A stretch of 64,000 nucleotides of DNA from a virus (taxonomy: Duplodnaviria > Caudoviricetes), in the IMG/VR virus record IMGVR_UViG_3300029288_000067, positions 64,001 through 128,000 of that record; one strand, 5' to 3'. Position 1 is the stretch's first letter, and every line of letters begins with the position of its first letter. This document shows positions 37,106-46,075 of the stretch, piece after piece. The position numbers were made by a program, and so were the translations under genes. The notes below the pieces were generated by a model. That model searched no databases and was not told where the DNA came from. It saw only the letters and a program-made list of their open reading frames with translations.

Positions 37106-37738
37106 CTACTTTTTTAAAGAATTCACTTTTGTATTATCCCACCGTTGCCGCCAATTTTCGGTATCGGCCCCTACATGCCCAATCCGCACATATTTTGCGA
37201 TATTCTCCGAGAAGGAATTGAAATGAAATCCCTCTTCTGTCCGGATTACATACCCTTCACTCCCAGGACGATAAGAAGCCTTTATTTTCTCTTCATCGTA
37301 GACGCCCCGATACAAAACGGGGACAACCTTTAAACCCCATTCCTTGCAAAATAGTTCCATTTCATCCCAGGAGAGACATTCATTCTTTTCAGTCCAAATA
37401 GAGAACACCTCGAAAAAAGTATCGAGATCCGAATATTCAATTGCATGGGTTGCATAGAGATTTTCCCCACAAACCCGCCATCCCCCGGGGAGTTGGTAAA
37501 ACCACTTTGCAAAATTACCTTTCAACCATCCTTGGGAAGGATGTACATTTCCATCCAAAGACCGGGCATGGAAATACCCCGAGGAGTAAATTGTGGAATT
37601 CTCTCCGTCTCTTTTTTCAGTTACGACCACATTCTTCCCAACAAAATGCTCCATACTGTGGAGAATCTTATCATCCCCATCTTTTTCCCGGCTCCAGGGG
37701 ACATGAAAAGTCCTGGGGTATTTGTAGAGGTCTGTCAT
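37106..37738 (-). CDS. minimal RNA ligase (Rnl2-like adenylation domain)
   Basis: KYPRTFH, TEKRDGEN, GENLYA.H, EGYVIR, AKYVR. Confidence 0.85.
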   Translation of the reverse strand: MTDLYKYPRTFHVPWSREKDGDDKILHSMEHFVGKNVVVTEKRDGENSTIYSSGYFHARSLDGNVHPSQGWLKGNFAKWFYQLPGGWRVCGENLYATHAIEYSDLDTFFEVFSIWTEKNECLSWDEMELFCKEWGLKVVPVLYRGVYDEEKIKASYRPGSEGYVIRTEEGFHFNSFSENIAKYVRIGHVGADTENWRQRWDNTKVNSLKK

Positions 37739-37739
37739 T

Positions 37740-37940
37740 TTATTTCTCGAATTCCGGGGTAACCCGATACTGCCCACAAGCACACTGTTCGGGGCTGTGA
37801 ATTCCTTGGGGGTCCTTCGAGCAACCTGCAGGACTATCCTGCACTTTTACGCTTTTCTCTACATGATTGTATTCACGATCCCCAAACCACTTGGCACAAA
37901 CACCACAACGCTTGATATCCGCAGAATGATAAGTAGGCAT
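37740..37940 (-). CDS. small Cys-rich protein
   Basis: AAGGAG SD after the promoter at 37974; CGVC..W. Confidence 0.6.
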   Translation of the reverse strand: MPTYHSADIKRCGVCAKWFGDREYNHVEKSVKVQDSPAGCSKDPQGIHSPEQCACGQYRVTPEFEK

Positions 37941-37973
37941 ATTTTTGTATCTCCTTTTGTATTCTTCTTCTAT

Positions 37974-38002
37974 ATATTACCGCGAGAGCAACAAAACTTC
38001 AA
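37974..38002 (-). promoter_or_regulatory. repeated early promoter TTGAAG-N17-TAATAT
   Basis: Motif match. Confidence 0.85.
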
Positions 38003-38006
38003 GGCA

Positions 38007-38264
38007 CTACCATAAATCCTCCGAGGTAAGAATACTCCCGATAAGATTTTTTGAGAGTTGCCCATTTTTCTTTGCCAAAACAAAGGCTTGCCGTCGAGAA
38101 AGAAACTTTCCCGATTCAGTTACAAATCCCTGCTTACCTTTTATTGGGGGAGGAAGGAGGAAGTCTTTCACCATCATATATATTACATTGGGGTGTCTCC
38201 CCGGCCTAAGACAATAGAAAATTATCCCATCTTGTTTTATTGCAGATCCAATTATTTTTTCCAT
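38007..38264 (-). CDS. hypothetical phage protein
   Basis: RH...QGFVT..GKFLSR.QA...LTSEDLW. Confidence 0.7.
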   Translation of the reverse strand: MEKIIGSAIKQDGIIFYCLRPGRHPNVIYMMVKDFLLPPPIKGKQGFVTESGKFLSRRQAFVLAKKNGQLSKNLIGSILTSEDLW

Positions 38265-38446
38265 ACGAAAACCATATTACCACAATCTTGCAATTTTTTG
38301 TATCCATTGCGTTGCATATTTTCTTTTTCCGAAAGATTAGGGTCAAAGTCAATGAGCTTTTTTGCCAGCTTGTGTTTTTGAAATTGTAGGCGAGAATGTA
38401 CTTGCCCGTCTTTCAAATACCAATAATTGGGTCTAGCAAAATTCAC
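38252..38446 (-). pseudogene. C-terminal remnant of an endonuclease gene paralogous to 59584..61347
   Basis: PNYWY...QKHKL...FDPNLSEKENM..NGY.K..DCGN.VFVW aligns with the C-terminus of 59584..61347. Confidence 0.75.
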
Positions 38447-38478
38447 AAGTCCTTGGGTCTAGCAAAATTCACAAGTCC
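38427..38478. repeat. perfect 26-bp tandem duplication
   Basis: TTGGGTCTAGCAAAATTCACAAGTCC twice (38427-38452, 38453-38478). Confidence 0.95.
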
Positions 38479-39010
38479 ATTGTTTTTGATCAAATTTATG
38501 CAGGGTTAGAAATAGATCCTGTAGTTTTTCTTTATAAATCAATGGGATTTTGATCCCCCTTTTTCCAATACGGCATAAAACATCTGCAATGAGGCTATTT
38601 TCAAATTTACCCCAAAACGATAGAATAAAATCGACATCTGATGGCTCTGCGTAACTACCGAAAAGCAATAAGCCCTGTTTCATTGCTTCGTTGTTTTTTA
38701 AGAAATAAAGTCTGTTTCTCAAAAATTCTTTCAAGGATTTTTCGTTATCCCCATGTGCTCCAACCAATCGTAAATTATTTAGACATCCAAGTAAGAAATC
38801 GTCTTCAGATGGATTGGTTACAATATGGCGCATAATAGCGTCTTCAACTTTGTTATTTAATCCGCGACAAATGCCTATTTCTAATGCCGCCCACTTTTCT
38901 CGATCTGAAAAATGAAGGTTTTGCAAATCTATCAAAATAGCAGTAAGTTCATTTTCTGGGCAGGTATTGAAACGCTCTATGGTTTTTTCTAAGATTTCAC
39001 AGTTATCCAT
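38459..39010 (-). CDS. hypothetical helical protein
   Basis: AGAGGAG SD inside the sheath terminator. Confidence 0.6.
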   Translation of the reverse strand: MDNCEILEKTIERFNTCPENELTAILIDLQNLHFSDREKWAALEIGICRGLNNKVEDAIMRHIVTNPSEDDFLLGCLNNLRLVGAHGDNEKSLKEFLRNRLYFLKNNEAMKQGLLLFGSYAEPSDVDFILSFWGKFENSLIADVLCRIGKRGIKIPLIYKEKLQDLFLTLHKFDQKQWTCEFC

Positions 39011-39012
39011 TA

Positions 39013-39049
39013 AAAAACTCCTCTGGTATAAGAGCATACCAGAGGAGTT
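39013..39049 (-). terminator. sheath-gene terminator that also contains the next gene's SD
   Basis: AACTCCTCTGGTAT...ATACCAGAGGAGTT followed by TTTT. Confidence 0.75.
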
Positions 39050-39080
39050 ATCCTTACGTCAACAGGAACTATCTCAAACC

Positions 39081-41279
39081 TTATACTGATCCAACTACTG
39101 CCTCTTGAGCGTCTGTGAATGATGCACCTGTGCGGGTAATCACAACTCGGAAATTTACATACTCCACGTCTTGGGTGGGCTTAATATACAAATCCACATT
39201 CATTCGATATTGATCAATGTCTGTCGCGGAATTGTTAGAGTCATTGCAAACCACTAAGAAATCGTATACCCCTCTTCGGGCCTTAATGTCATTCATATAG
39301 TCAATTAGCAGGTCTTCTACTTGACTACGTGTTGCTTCATCATTAAGCTCGAACAAGAAATCTTCGAGGGTTTTTGCAATAGCTGGTTCAATAACACAGA
39401 GCAACAAGCGAACATGCAAACGAGAAAGGGTAGAAGGTCTTCCGAGAAGAGTTTTGTTACCCCAAATCAAGATACCACGTCCAGGAGCGAAACGAAGTGG
39501 ATTGATACCACCACCACCGGAAACAGCACCATCATAGAGGTAATCCATTTCACCCTTGCTGAAACGTCTGCGAAGATCGAGAACATTCACTTGCCCACGT
39601 CGGAAACCTGCGGGCGGGAACCACATTTCAAAGTTCAATGCGGAGTAGCTGATTGCGGCACCGGCATACCCTTCTGGGGAAACGAACAAGTTTCTGTCAT
39701 TGAACTTATCGTAGATCTTTACGTGTGGCGTGTACAATGCACTGAAAGAGCTTGACAGATTCAGAACATTCATCCAATAGTCTGTGATTTCGTTCAAATA
39801 GTTTTCAGAAGCTTCTCTTTCGTAAGGAACAGACAACAAACAGACGCAATCATGTCTCTTTTGTGCGATTGCATCAATATGTTTCTGATACGCAGGAGTT
39901 GCCCAACCACCATCCATGAAGCAGGTTACAGGATAGGTGTCTGCATTTTCGAACTTATCCGCCGCCAACATCATTTTTCCATCGGTTACCGGGTCCCCAT
40001 CATTTCCACCGTTGTGATACAAAGGAGTAACTTGTGGAAGAGGATTTCCAAGGGTAAGAGGGTTCACCATTGCGCGAATAAGGTTTGAGCCTTCCAATAC
40101 ATCTTCGATGTAGAGGTTTTGTCCAAAACCATCTTTTGAACCGATTTCCAAAGAAACCGGCCAACTTTCCACGGGGATATTCAGGTTGGAGCGGTGGAAC
40201 ACTTCAATCAAGAATGAGTTAACTTCAGAAACAACCTTCATAGGAATGATCTGTGCCGTTCCTTGTCCAACAGAAGAAAGAACAAGAGTTACACCGGCAA
40301 GAGCATTATCAAGAGAATTTGCCAACTTGAAGGATGTTGCAGTATCTCTTACAGTGTAATAGGTGGAAGTTAAATCTAATCCTGTGGGCAATACATCTCC
40401 CGTTGCAGAAGAAAGCATTGTGAATCGGATAGGTTCTCCGGAAACAAATTCTTGTGCAGAGAGGATTTTTGTAGAGGCATCTGTCCCACCAGAAAGAGTT
40501 GCGGTGTTTGTTCCAGCAGACAAATCCCAAGCTGTGGCCCCGGAAGCAACCGTAACGGTCAAGATATCTGCAACAAGTGTGAGGAGGGCAGTTCTGATTT
40601 GATTCTGTGTTGAAACAGTATCTTCGATGGTTACTGTAATAACATTCCCGACTTTTACAGCCGTTTCAGCCCCTGCAGTTCCACCATCTACGATATTGAT
40701 TACAATACCATTCTTGGTAGAGCCCGCAACAGCATTTACAGTAATTTTTGCATCAATGACAGCCGTTGCAGAAGTTGCAACAGCATTTACGATGTTTGTT
40801 GAATTCAGAGTTAAAGATTCACGATCTCTCTTCAACCAGATTTTCAAACAAATATCATCGGACCAATCACCGGGATCAGCTTGATAGATAGTGAATCTAT
40901 CGTTTGTGTCAAAGGTGTAGGCAGTAGGATCAGTTTCCCCGGCCACCCAAGCAATGTTGGTGGTTTGGTTCAACTTGCGAATTGCAAGTCCACCGTACTT
41001 GTAATTGTCCCCAATAACACGCTGTACCCACATTTTGTCGGATTTCTGCATAAATGCCAAACCGGAGAAAAATCCGAGAGAATCTCCAACTTCCACTTTT
41101 CCCAATGGGGTGAAAGTTTGCAAGAATTGTGTTTCAGAGGTTGTCAAACGAGGTTGATCGATAGGGCCTTTGCTACATGGAAGAAGCAAACAACCATAAA
41201 CCCCTGGGAAACCCGGGACACGAGTAGAAAGATCAATTTCTTGAATATTTACAGCAGCAGATCCACCTGAAAGTGTCAT
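39081..41279 (-). CDS. contractile tail sheath protein
   Basis: EIDLS, GPIDQP, WFPPAGFRRG, INPLR, ILIWGNKT, VRLL, LFELND, YDFLVVC..SNN, YIKP. Confidence 0.95.
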   Translation of the reverse strand: MTLSGGSAAVNIQEIDLSTRVPGFPGVYGCLLLPCSKGPIDQPRLTTSETQFLQTFTPLGKVEVGDSLGFFSGLAFMQKSDKMWVQRVIGDNYKYGGLAIRKLNQTTNIAWVAGETDPTAYTFDTNDRFTIYQADPGDWSDDICLKIWLKRDRESLTLNSTNIVNAVATSATAVIDAKITVNAVAGSTKNGIVINIVDGGTAGAETAVKVGNVITVTIEDTVSTQNQIRTALLTLVADILTVTVASGATAWDLSAGTNTATLSGGTDASTKILSAQEFVSGEPIRFTMLSSATGDVLPTGLDLTSTYYTVRDTATSFKLANSLDNALAGVTLVLSSVGQGTAQIIPMKVVSEVNSFLIEVFHRSNLNIPVESWPVSLEIGSKDGFGQNLYIEDVLEGSNLIRAMVNPLTLGNPLPQVTPLYHNGGNDGDPVTDGKMMLAADKFENADTYPVTCFMDGGWATPAYQKHIDAIAQKRHDCVCLLSVPYEREASENYLNEITDYWMNVLNLSSSFSALYTPHVKIYDKFNDRNLFVSPEGYAGAAISYSALNFEMWFPPAGFRRGQVNVLDLRRRFSKGEMDYLYDGAVSGGGGINPLRFAPGRGILIWGNKTLLGRPSTLSRLHVRLLLCVIEPAIAKTLEDFLFELNDEATRSQVEDLLIDYMNDIKARRGVYDFLVVCNDSNNSATDIDQYRMNVDLYIKPTQDVEYVNFRVVITRTGASFTDAQEAVVGSV

Positions 41280-41291
41280 ATCCTAGCCCCC

Positions 41292-41456
41292 TTATTTCTC
41301 GTACGCGACGAAAGAAACACCCTTGGGAAGAGCACCGATTTTCTCTTTTTCGACATTTTTTACAACCTGTCGAGGAGAAAGAACAAGTGCTTCACCAAGG
41401 TAAGAAATGGTTACAGGGTGGTTTAGGACATTGATGAGACTACCCACTTTAGCCAT
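41292..41456 (-). CDS. small protein preceding the sheath (54 aa, not in ORF track)
   Basis: GGAGGG SD; MAKVGSLINVLNHPVTISYLGEALVLSPRQ... Confidence 0.7.
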   Translation of the reverse strand: MAKVGSLINVLNHPVTISYLGEALVLSPRQVVKNVEKEKIGALPKGVSFVAYEK

Positions 41457-41479
41457 ACAAACCCTCCGGGATAAAATAA

Positions 41480-41513
41480 AATAGGTGCCTGGGTATTAAC
41501 CCAGACACCTATT
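41480..41513 (-). terminator. intrinsic terminator nested in an SD-occluding stem
   Basis: AATAGGTGTCTGGGT...ACCCAGGCACCTATT followed by TT. Confidence 0.7.
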
Positions 41514-41538
41514 CGGAGGATATTATGAAATTAAGAGG

Positions 41539-41856
41539 TTATTCTTTGTAGTCAAACAACTTTATCGGGTGGTCTTCGGGGAAACGACTATCGGAGGTAT
41601 ATATGAAACTCCCACCGAAACAGAACCAGACATCTTCTGACCCGGGAAACAGTGGTTCACCCCGAGGGATCTGCTTTCCGAATTGTTCCACTGTGATCAA
41701 CTTTACAGCAGGACAATCCTTTGTCGGCTCCGAGATCTCAGGAATGCCTGCGCCAATCAGTGTAATTTCTTTTTTGTCATGAAGAATGCAACTTTTGGAA
41801 TGGTATGTCCCTCGGTAAATATCACAGCGAAGTCCCTTTTGAATTTTATTTTCCAT
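41539..41856 (-). CDS. hypothetical phage protein
   Basis: AAGGAG SD after the promoter at 41893; FGGSFIYTSDSRF. Confidence 0.7.
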   Translation of the reverse strand: MENKIQKGLRCDIYRGTYHSKSCILHDKKEITLIGAGIPEISEPTKDCPAVKLITVEQFGKQIPRGEPLFPGSEDVWFCFGGSFIYTSDSRFPEDHPIKLFDYKE

Positions 41857-41892
41857 ATATCCACTCCTTGGGGTTTTTGTTCTTACAGGAAG

Positions 41893-41921
41893 ATATTACC
41901 GTGAGACCCATAAAACTTCAA
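41893..41921 (-). promoter_or_regulatory. repeated early promoter TTGAAG-N17-TAATAT
   Basis: The -35 TGA is the stop of 41918..42289. Confidence 0.85.
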
Positions 41922-42289
41922 ATGTTGAAGATGATGGCAAGATCTTCAAGAAAATTCAAGGTTTCCTCGTGGCTACCCTTCAATGTTAGAGCATTTTCAA
42001 TGATTCTCTCCATAGGCAATTTTCGAATTGCTTCCCGCAGATTTTTCACGGTAATCCCTGTCTCTTCCATGGCGTCTCGTTTGAACTTAAGATTCAAATT
42101 TCTTTGGGCGTCTGCTTTTGTTTTTTGATATTGTTTCCAGACCTCCATTTGTTTTTCATAATCGACCAAAGCAACCAAATGATTCTTTACCGCTTCGGCA
42201 TTCAGCATTCCCTTTTCAGTGAGGAAAGGAGCTTTTGGTTTTGCCATGTAAGGCATATCATTTTCTGCAGAATAATTTTCAAGATTCAT
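41918..42289 (-). CDS. hypothetical protein
   Basis: AAGGA SD. Confidence 0.7.
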   Translation of the reverse strand: MNLENYSAENDMPYMAKPKAPFLTEKGMLNAEAVKNHLVALVDYEKQMEVWKQYQKTKADAQRNLNLKFKRDAMEETGITVKNLREAIRKLPMERIIENALTLKGSHEETLNFLEDLAIIFNI

Positions 42290-42313
42290 AAATTTTTCCT
42301 TTCTGTATTTAAA

Positions 42314-42475
42314 TTACCAACCATTCTTGCGAAGAAGAAAAGTTTCAATACTCACCACAACAACCGACAACAGGATTACTGGGAGATACACCGTGGGATT
42401 GCAGAAGTAACAGACACCAACAGAGAGAGTTGTCCAGAGAAAGGCATCCAATTTGTAAGCATCTCGGGGGGTCAT
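42314..42475 (-). CDS. small membrane protein (53 aa, not in ORF track)
   Basis: ACAGGAG SD after the promoter at 42510. Confidence 0.55.
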   Translation of the reverse strand: MTPRDAYKLDAFLWTTLSVGVCYFCNPTVYLPVILLSVVVVSIETFLLRKNGW

Positions 42476-42509
42476 GTATTTTCTCCTGTATGTTTTTTCT
42501 TACAAGGAT

Positions 42510-42538
42510 ATATTACCGCGAGGGGTATAAAACTTCAA
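42510..42538 (-). promoter_or_regulatory. repeated early promoter TTGAAG-N17-TAATAT
   Basis: Motif match. Confidence 0.85.
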
Positions 42539-42545
42539 ATCTTTT

Positions 42546-43211
42546 TTACGACCAAACCGTAACCGTTGGAGTAATTTGTGCCTGCTCGATTACATGGGTT
42601 CTATTAACAAAATCTCGGAGACGAAAATCAATCTCCCCAATTAATTTTGCACTCACATCGGACATACAAATAAATTCCCCGGTGATTTGCACAACACCAT
42701 CCACAAAATTGTAAAGGTTATCCTGTTTGTTGTATCCCGCAGAGGTTAATCCTTCGAAAGGCCAAATAACCTGATAATCAAAAGTTCCAACCTCTTGCCA
42801 AGAAAGAGTAACATTCTTGATATCATTTATTGCAGCTTGCGCCAAGAACATTACTTCAAATGTCTTGGAAGCAACGATATCTGTTGTATACCATCTCCAA
42901 TTAACTTCAAAACTACAATATCTTGTCTTAAATTGGCTTGCGGCTAAATTTGGAATATCTTTTTGAATTGCCGGTTGGAATCTTACCATCTCAAAAGGCT
43001 TCAAAACACCCATATTAAATGTAAACAGGGGGAACACAGATTGTTTTGTTATATCAAAAGCAGAACGAACAGATCTAACTCCCCGAATAGATTCCTCGTA
43101 CGTGAGCGTTGGATCAAATTTGAAGTTTGCTTTTGGATACATTACTTGTATCTTATTCAAGACTTCATTCATGATCAAAGGAATAGGAGTTAAAACAGTC
43201 CAGTTTGCCAT
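42546..43211 (-). CDS. putative tail terminator/completion protein
   Basis: Size, FPLFTF and beta-rich pattern, position upstream of the sheath; function inferred. Confidence 0.45.
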   Translation of the reverse strand: MANWTVLTPIPLIMNEVLNKIQVMYPKANFKFDPTLTYEESIRGVRSVRSAFDITKQSVFPLFTFNMGVLKPFEMVRFQPAIQKDIPNLAASQFKTRYCSFEVNWRWYTTDIVASKTFEVMFLAQAAINDIKNVTLSWQEVGTFDYQVIWPFEGLTSAGYNKQDNLYNFVDGVVQITGEFICMSDVSAKLIGEIDFRLRDFVNRTHVIEQAQITPTVTVWS

Positions 43212-43255
43212 ATTATCCCTCTTGTCAATTGCTTATTCCATCACTTGATAACAAC

Positions 43256-43546
43256 CTAGAAAAATCCATTCTGATCCACCCGTAGATTTATCTTCTTTTC
43301 CAACAAAGGTTCAATCCATTGGTGAATATAATCGGCACTCCAAACATAATAATTATCCAATTCATCTCGTGTGCTTCTTGTGTTGGGTGTTCCCGGGGGC
43401 GCAAAGGGATATTCTTCCCGAAAAGCTTTCTTCAATTCCCAATAATCTTCCGGGGTGGGGTTCTTGAAAACTTTTACTCGTCGCCCATTCCCCAGAACTA
43501 ATTCAAAGACACTATTTTCTTTCAGAGAAGAATATTTTTTAACCAT
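43256..43546 (-). CDS. tagged hypothetical protein
   Basis: MVKKYSSL; VFKNPT, YVW...IH. Confidence 0.65.
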   Translation of the reverse strand: MVKKYSSLKENSVFELVLGNGRRVKVFKNPTPEDYWELKKAFREEYPFAPPGTPNTRSTRDELDNYYVWSADYIHQWIEPLLEKKINLRVDQNGFF

Positions 43547-44129
43547 ATATGAATTCATCGTTTTCAACCAATTTCATTTTGTGGAAAGCAAACCATATTT
43601 TCACTTCTTTCAAACATTCTTCTCTGTGACCACCAACTAATTCCGCCCCTTGGAAACGATGCAAAACTTCTTCGGAAATATCCGGAACAATCAAGGGGTC
43701 TCCGTCAATAAATCCATGTGAATTTAACTCATCTATCTCCTCTTCGGAAAGGAATGTTCCCCAATCTTCTTCAGGAATATCCCGGGAATCCGTTAAATCA
43801 TTATCCACCATATGTCGGAGGGTTTTAAGGATAACGCTATCATCGATTCCCGTATCCATCCATGCTCTGAAAAAAGCATAGCCCTTATCAATAAACTCTA
43901 TTTGATTTAGATTTTCCTCTTCTAACCCATTCTCCAACAGCCAATAGGTTAATTCGGTCTCCGAAGACATTCCCAAGGATTCCCCATTATATAGATATAA
44001 AACATTGTTTTTGGTCTTCAAATACTCTACAAAATCCTCTATGCTGAAATCGATGTTTTTTTGATACTCGGGTTGAATATCCACAACAATCAATTTACCC
44101 TTCGATAAAGCAGAATATTTTTTAATCAT
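43539..44129 (-). CDS. tagged isochorismatase/cysteine-hydrolase-like protein
   Basis: MIKKYSAL; LIVVDIQPEY, DKGY, LVGG...ECL. Confidence 0.6.
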   Translation of the reverse strand: MIKKYSALSKGKLIVVDIQPEYQKNIDFSIEDFVEYLKTKNNVLYLYNGESLGMSSETELTYWLLENGLEEENLNQIEFIDKGYAFFRAWMDTGIDDSVILKTLRHMVDNDLTDSRDIPEEDWGTFLSEEEIDELNSHGFIDGDPLIVPDISEEVLHRFQGAELVGGHREECLKEVKIWFAFHKMKLVENDEFIYG

Positions 44130-45022
44130 GCGGCAGATCCTTTTGTTACCAATTCTAATTTTTTCTGCATCTTTTTGATTCTACCCTCTAGTTTTTGTTG
44201 GATATACTGTGATGGGATTTTATCCGAATTCCAGCCCATTTTTCTTACTTCTTCTTGTTTCCAGAATCTTTTTGCTTTTTCTTGAATATCGTTCGGGAAA
44301 AAAGACAAAGGATATTGTTGCGCGGGGCTCGGTAATTCCGGCAATCGTTTATCCACTTTATGTTGTTCCCGGAATTTTACTCCGGAATAATCAAATTCGG
44401 TAAATTTAAACTCGGGATCATATACAACGGAAATTCTTTCCGGGAAGGAGAGTTGATTCACCTTTTCCACATCCGCCTTATATTTTCCCAAGATGGTATC
44501 CATCTTCAGTTTTTCCACAAGAAGTCTTGCAAGGGATTTAGAAGTATTTCCAACACTCTTCACAAGATCTTTTTCATCTTTTGTTACGAGACCTAAGAGA
44601 ATAGGGATGGTTTCTGCAGATACTGCTTTTGTTGCCCCATCGGGGAGTTGCACAACAAACTCATGAACAATCAATCTCCCCGTTTCATCATTCAAAGATG
44701 GATTATCCCAATCCGATACCCGCTTTTCAATTGTTCCTTCAAGATCATCCTCTGCCAATTCCCACTTGTATTGCCATTTATACGAGAGTAATTTTGCTCC
44801 GGAGGGTCCTGTAATTGGTGGGTTGAAAACAATAGTTTCCACAGGTCTTCCCCGGCCCACTTCCAAATTGGAGTATTTTTGTATTTCCATAGAAGAGATA
44901 TTACCCTCTGCCCCCAAGAAGTTCAAAGTAGATTCCTTTTTTGAGCTTTCTTCCGGAGTAGGCTTAGGAATAAAATTTGGATTAGAGAACCATTCGGCGA
45001 GGTTTGAAAATTTTCGGATCAT
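44126..45022 (-). CDS. tagged hypothetical protein
   Basis: MIRKFSNLA; GPSGAKL..Y.W, RVSDW. Confidence 0.7.
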   Translation of the reverse strand: MIRKFSNLAEWFSNPNFIPKPTPEESSKKESTLNFLGAEGNISSMEIQKYSNLEVGRGRPVETIVFNPPITGPSGAKLLSYKWQYKWELAEDDLEGTIEKRVSDWDNPSLNDETGRLIVHEFVVQLPDGATKAVSAETIPILLGLVTKDEKDLVKSVGNTSKSLARLLVEKLKMDTILGKYKADVEKVNQLSFPERISVVYDPEFKFTEFDYSGVKFREQHKVDKRLPELPSPAQQYPLSFFPNDIQEKAKRFWKQEEVRKMGWNSDKIPSQYIQQKLEGRIKKMQKKLELVTKGSAA

Positions 45023-45765
45023 TTATTAAAAACCTGCCCATCGATCAAAGATGCTTTAAACTTCTCGTATTCTTCCAGGGTAATCTTGAACATCTTCAGC
45101 CCTTTTGTTGTTCTTACTTTTGGGTAGGGGGCAAGATCGGGATGCGTGGAATACCCAATGTTCAATTCAATCCAATCTTCTGCAAAAAGAAATGTTTTTG
45201 CAAAATATCTCAAATCGGGAAATTGAGATCCATAATTTTTATCCAACACAACAATGGAGCAAGTATTATCCATTCTCTTACGCAGGAAAACAAGCCTCTC
45301 GGATACTTTTTTTAAATTATGCTCCAATGCTTCTGTATTTAATTCTTCCGACAAGGGGACATTTAATCCCAGTCCTTTTATCCTTTGTATTTCAGCTTTG
45401 AAATTAGAACCATGCCCACCCCTATCTCCGGTATCCTTCCATATTTCCCGAGAAAACAAAAGAATATGGATCATTTCATGAACCATGATGCGGGTCAAAA
45501 GCTCAAGATCAAATTTGTAATTTTTACTGATCTCAATTTCTTTTGGGGTCATTTTCTCTATTGAAACATTTCGGATCTTCCACCAAACAGAAGCTCTTGC
45601 AATTCCCAATTGTTTACTACTTCGGGCAATACCTACAGGGACCTTCGGCACAGTATTATTGAAATATTTTGCATTCATTTCATCGAAAAAAACATTCAAA
45701 TCAAATGTTTGAATATTTATCAAATCCCCGTATTCTTTTGCAAGATGTGAGTATCGTAGGATCAT
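45019..45765 (-). CDS. tagged SprT-like zinc metalloprotease
   Basis: MILRYSHLA; FDEMNAKYF, VHEMIH, HGSNFK. Confidence 0.8.
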   Translation of the reverse strand: MILRYSHLAKEYGDLINIQTFDLNVFFDEMNAKYFNNTVPKVPVGIARSSKQLGIARASVWWKIRNVSIEKMTPKEIEISKNYKFDLELLTRIMVHEMIHILLFSREIWKDTGDRGGHGSNFKAEIQRIKGLGLNVPLSEELNTEALEHNLKKVSERLVFLRKRMDNTCSIVVLDKNYGSQFPDLRYFAKTFLFAEDWIELNIGYSTHPDLAPYPKVRTTKGLKMFKITLEEYEKFKASLIDGQVFNK

Positions 45766-45769
45766 ATCG

Positions 45770-46075
45770 TCAATTCTTTGACACCTTAAACTTTACGATC
45801 TTTCCAGAAGAATCTGTAATTGCAACGATAAGACCCTCGCTCAGAGCATCTTTTCCCACAAATCCATTGAGGAGGCCCAAGACACCCAATCTATCTTTTT
45901 CATTAACTGTTACTGTAGGGTGGTGTATAATTCCACTATTGCAAGAAACATGATATGCAAATAAGCGTTGGATTGCTTGAGAATCAATGGAAAGTAACTT
46001 ATTCAACTCATTGACAATAAATGTTGCAAGGGTTACATTTTTTGCTGCAATATTTAATTTAGAAATCTTATTCAT
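45770..46075 (-). CDS. hypothetical protein with tag-like N-terminus
   Basis: MNKISKLNIAA; HPT...LGVLGLLNG. Confidence 0.65.
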   Translation of the reverse strand: MNKISKLNIAAKNVTLATFIVNELNKLLSIDSQAIQRLFAYHVSCNSGIIHHPTVTVNEKDRLGVLGLLNGFVGKDALSEGLIVAITDSSGKIVKFKVSKN

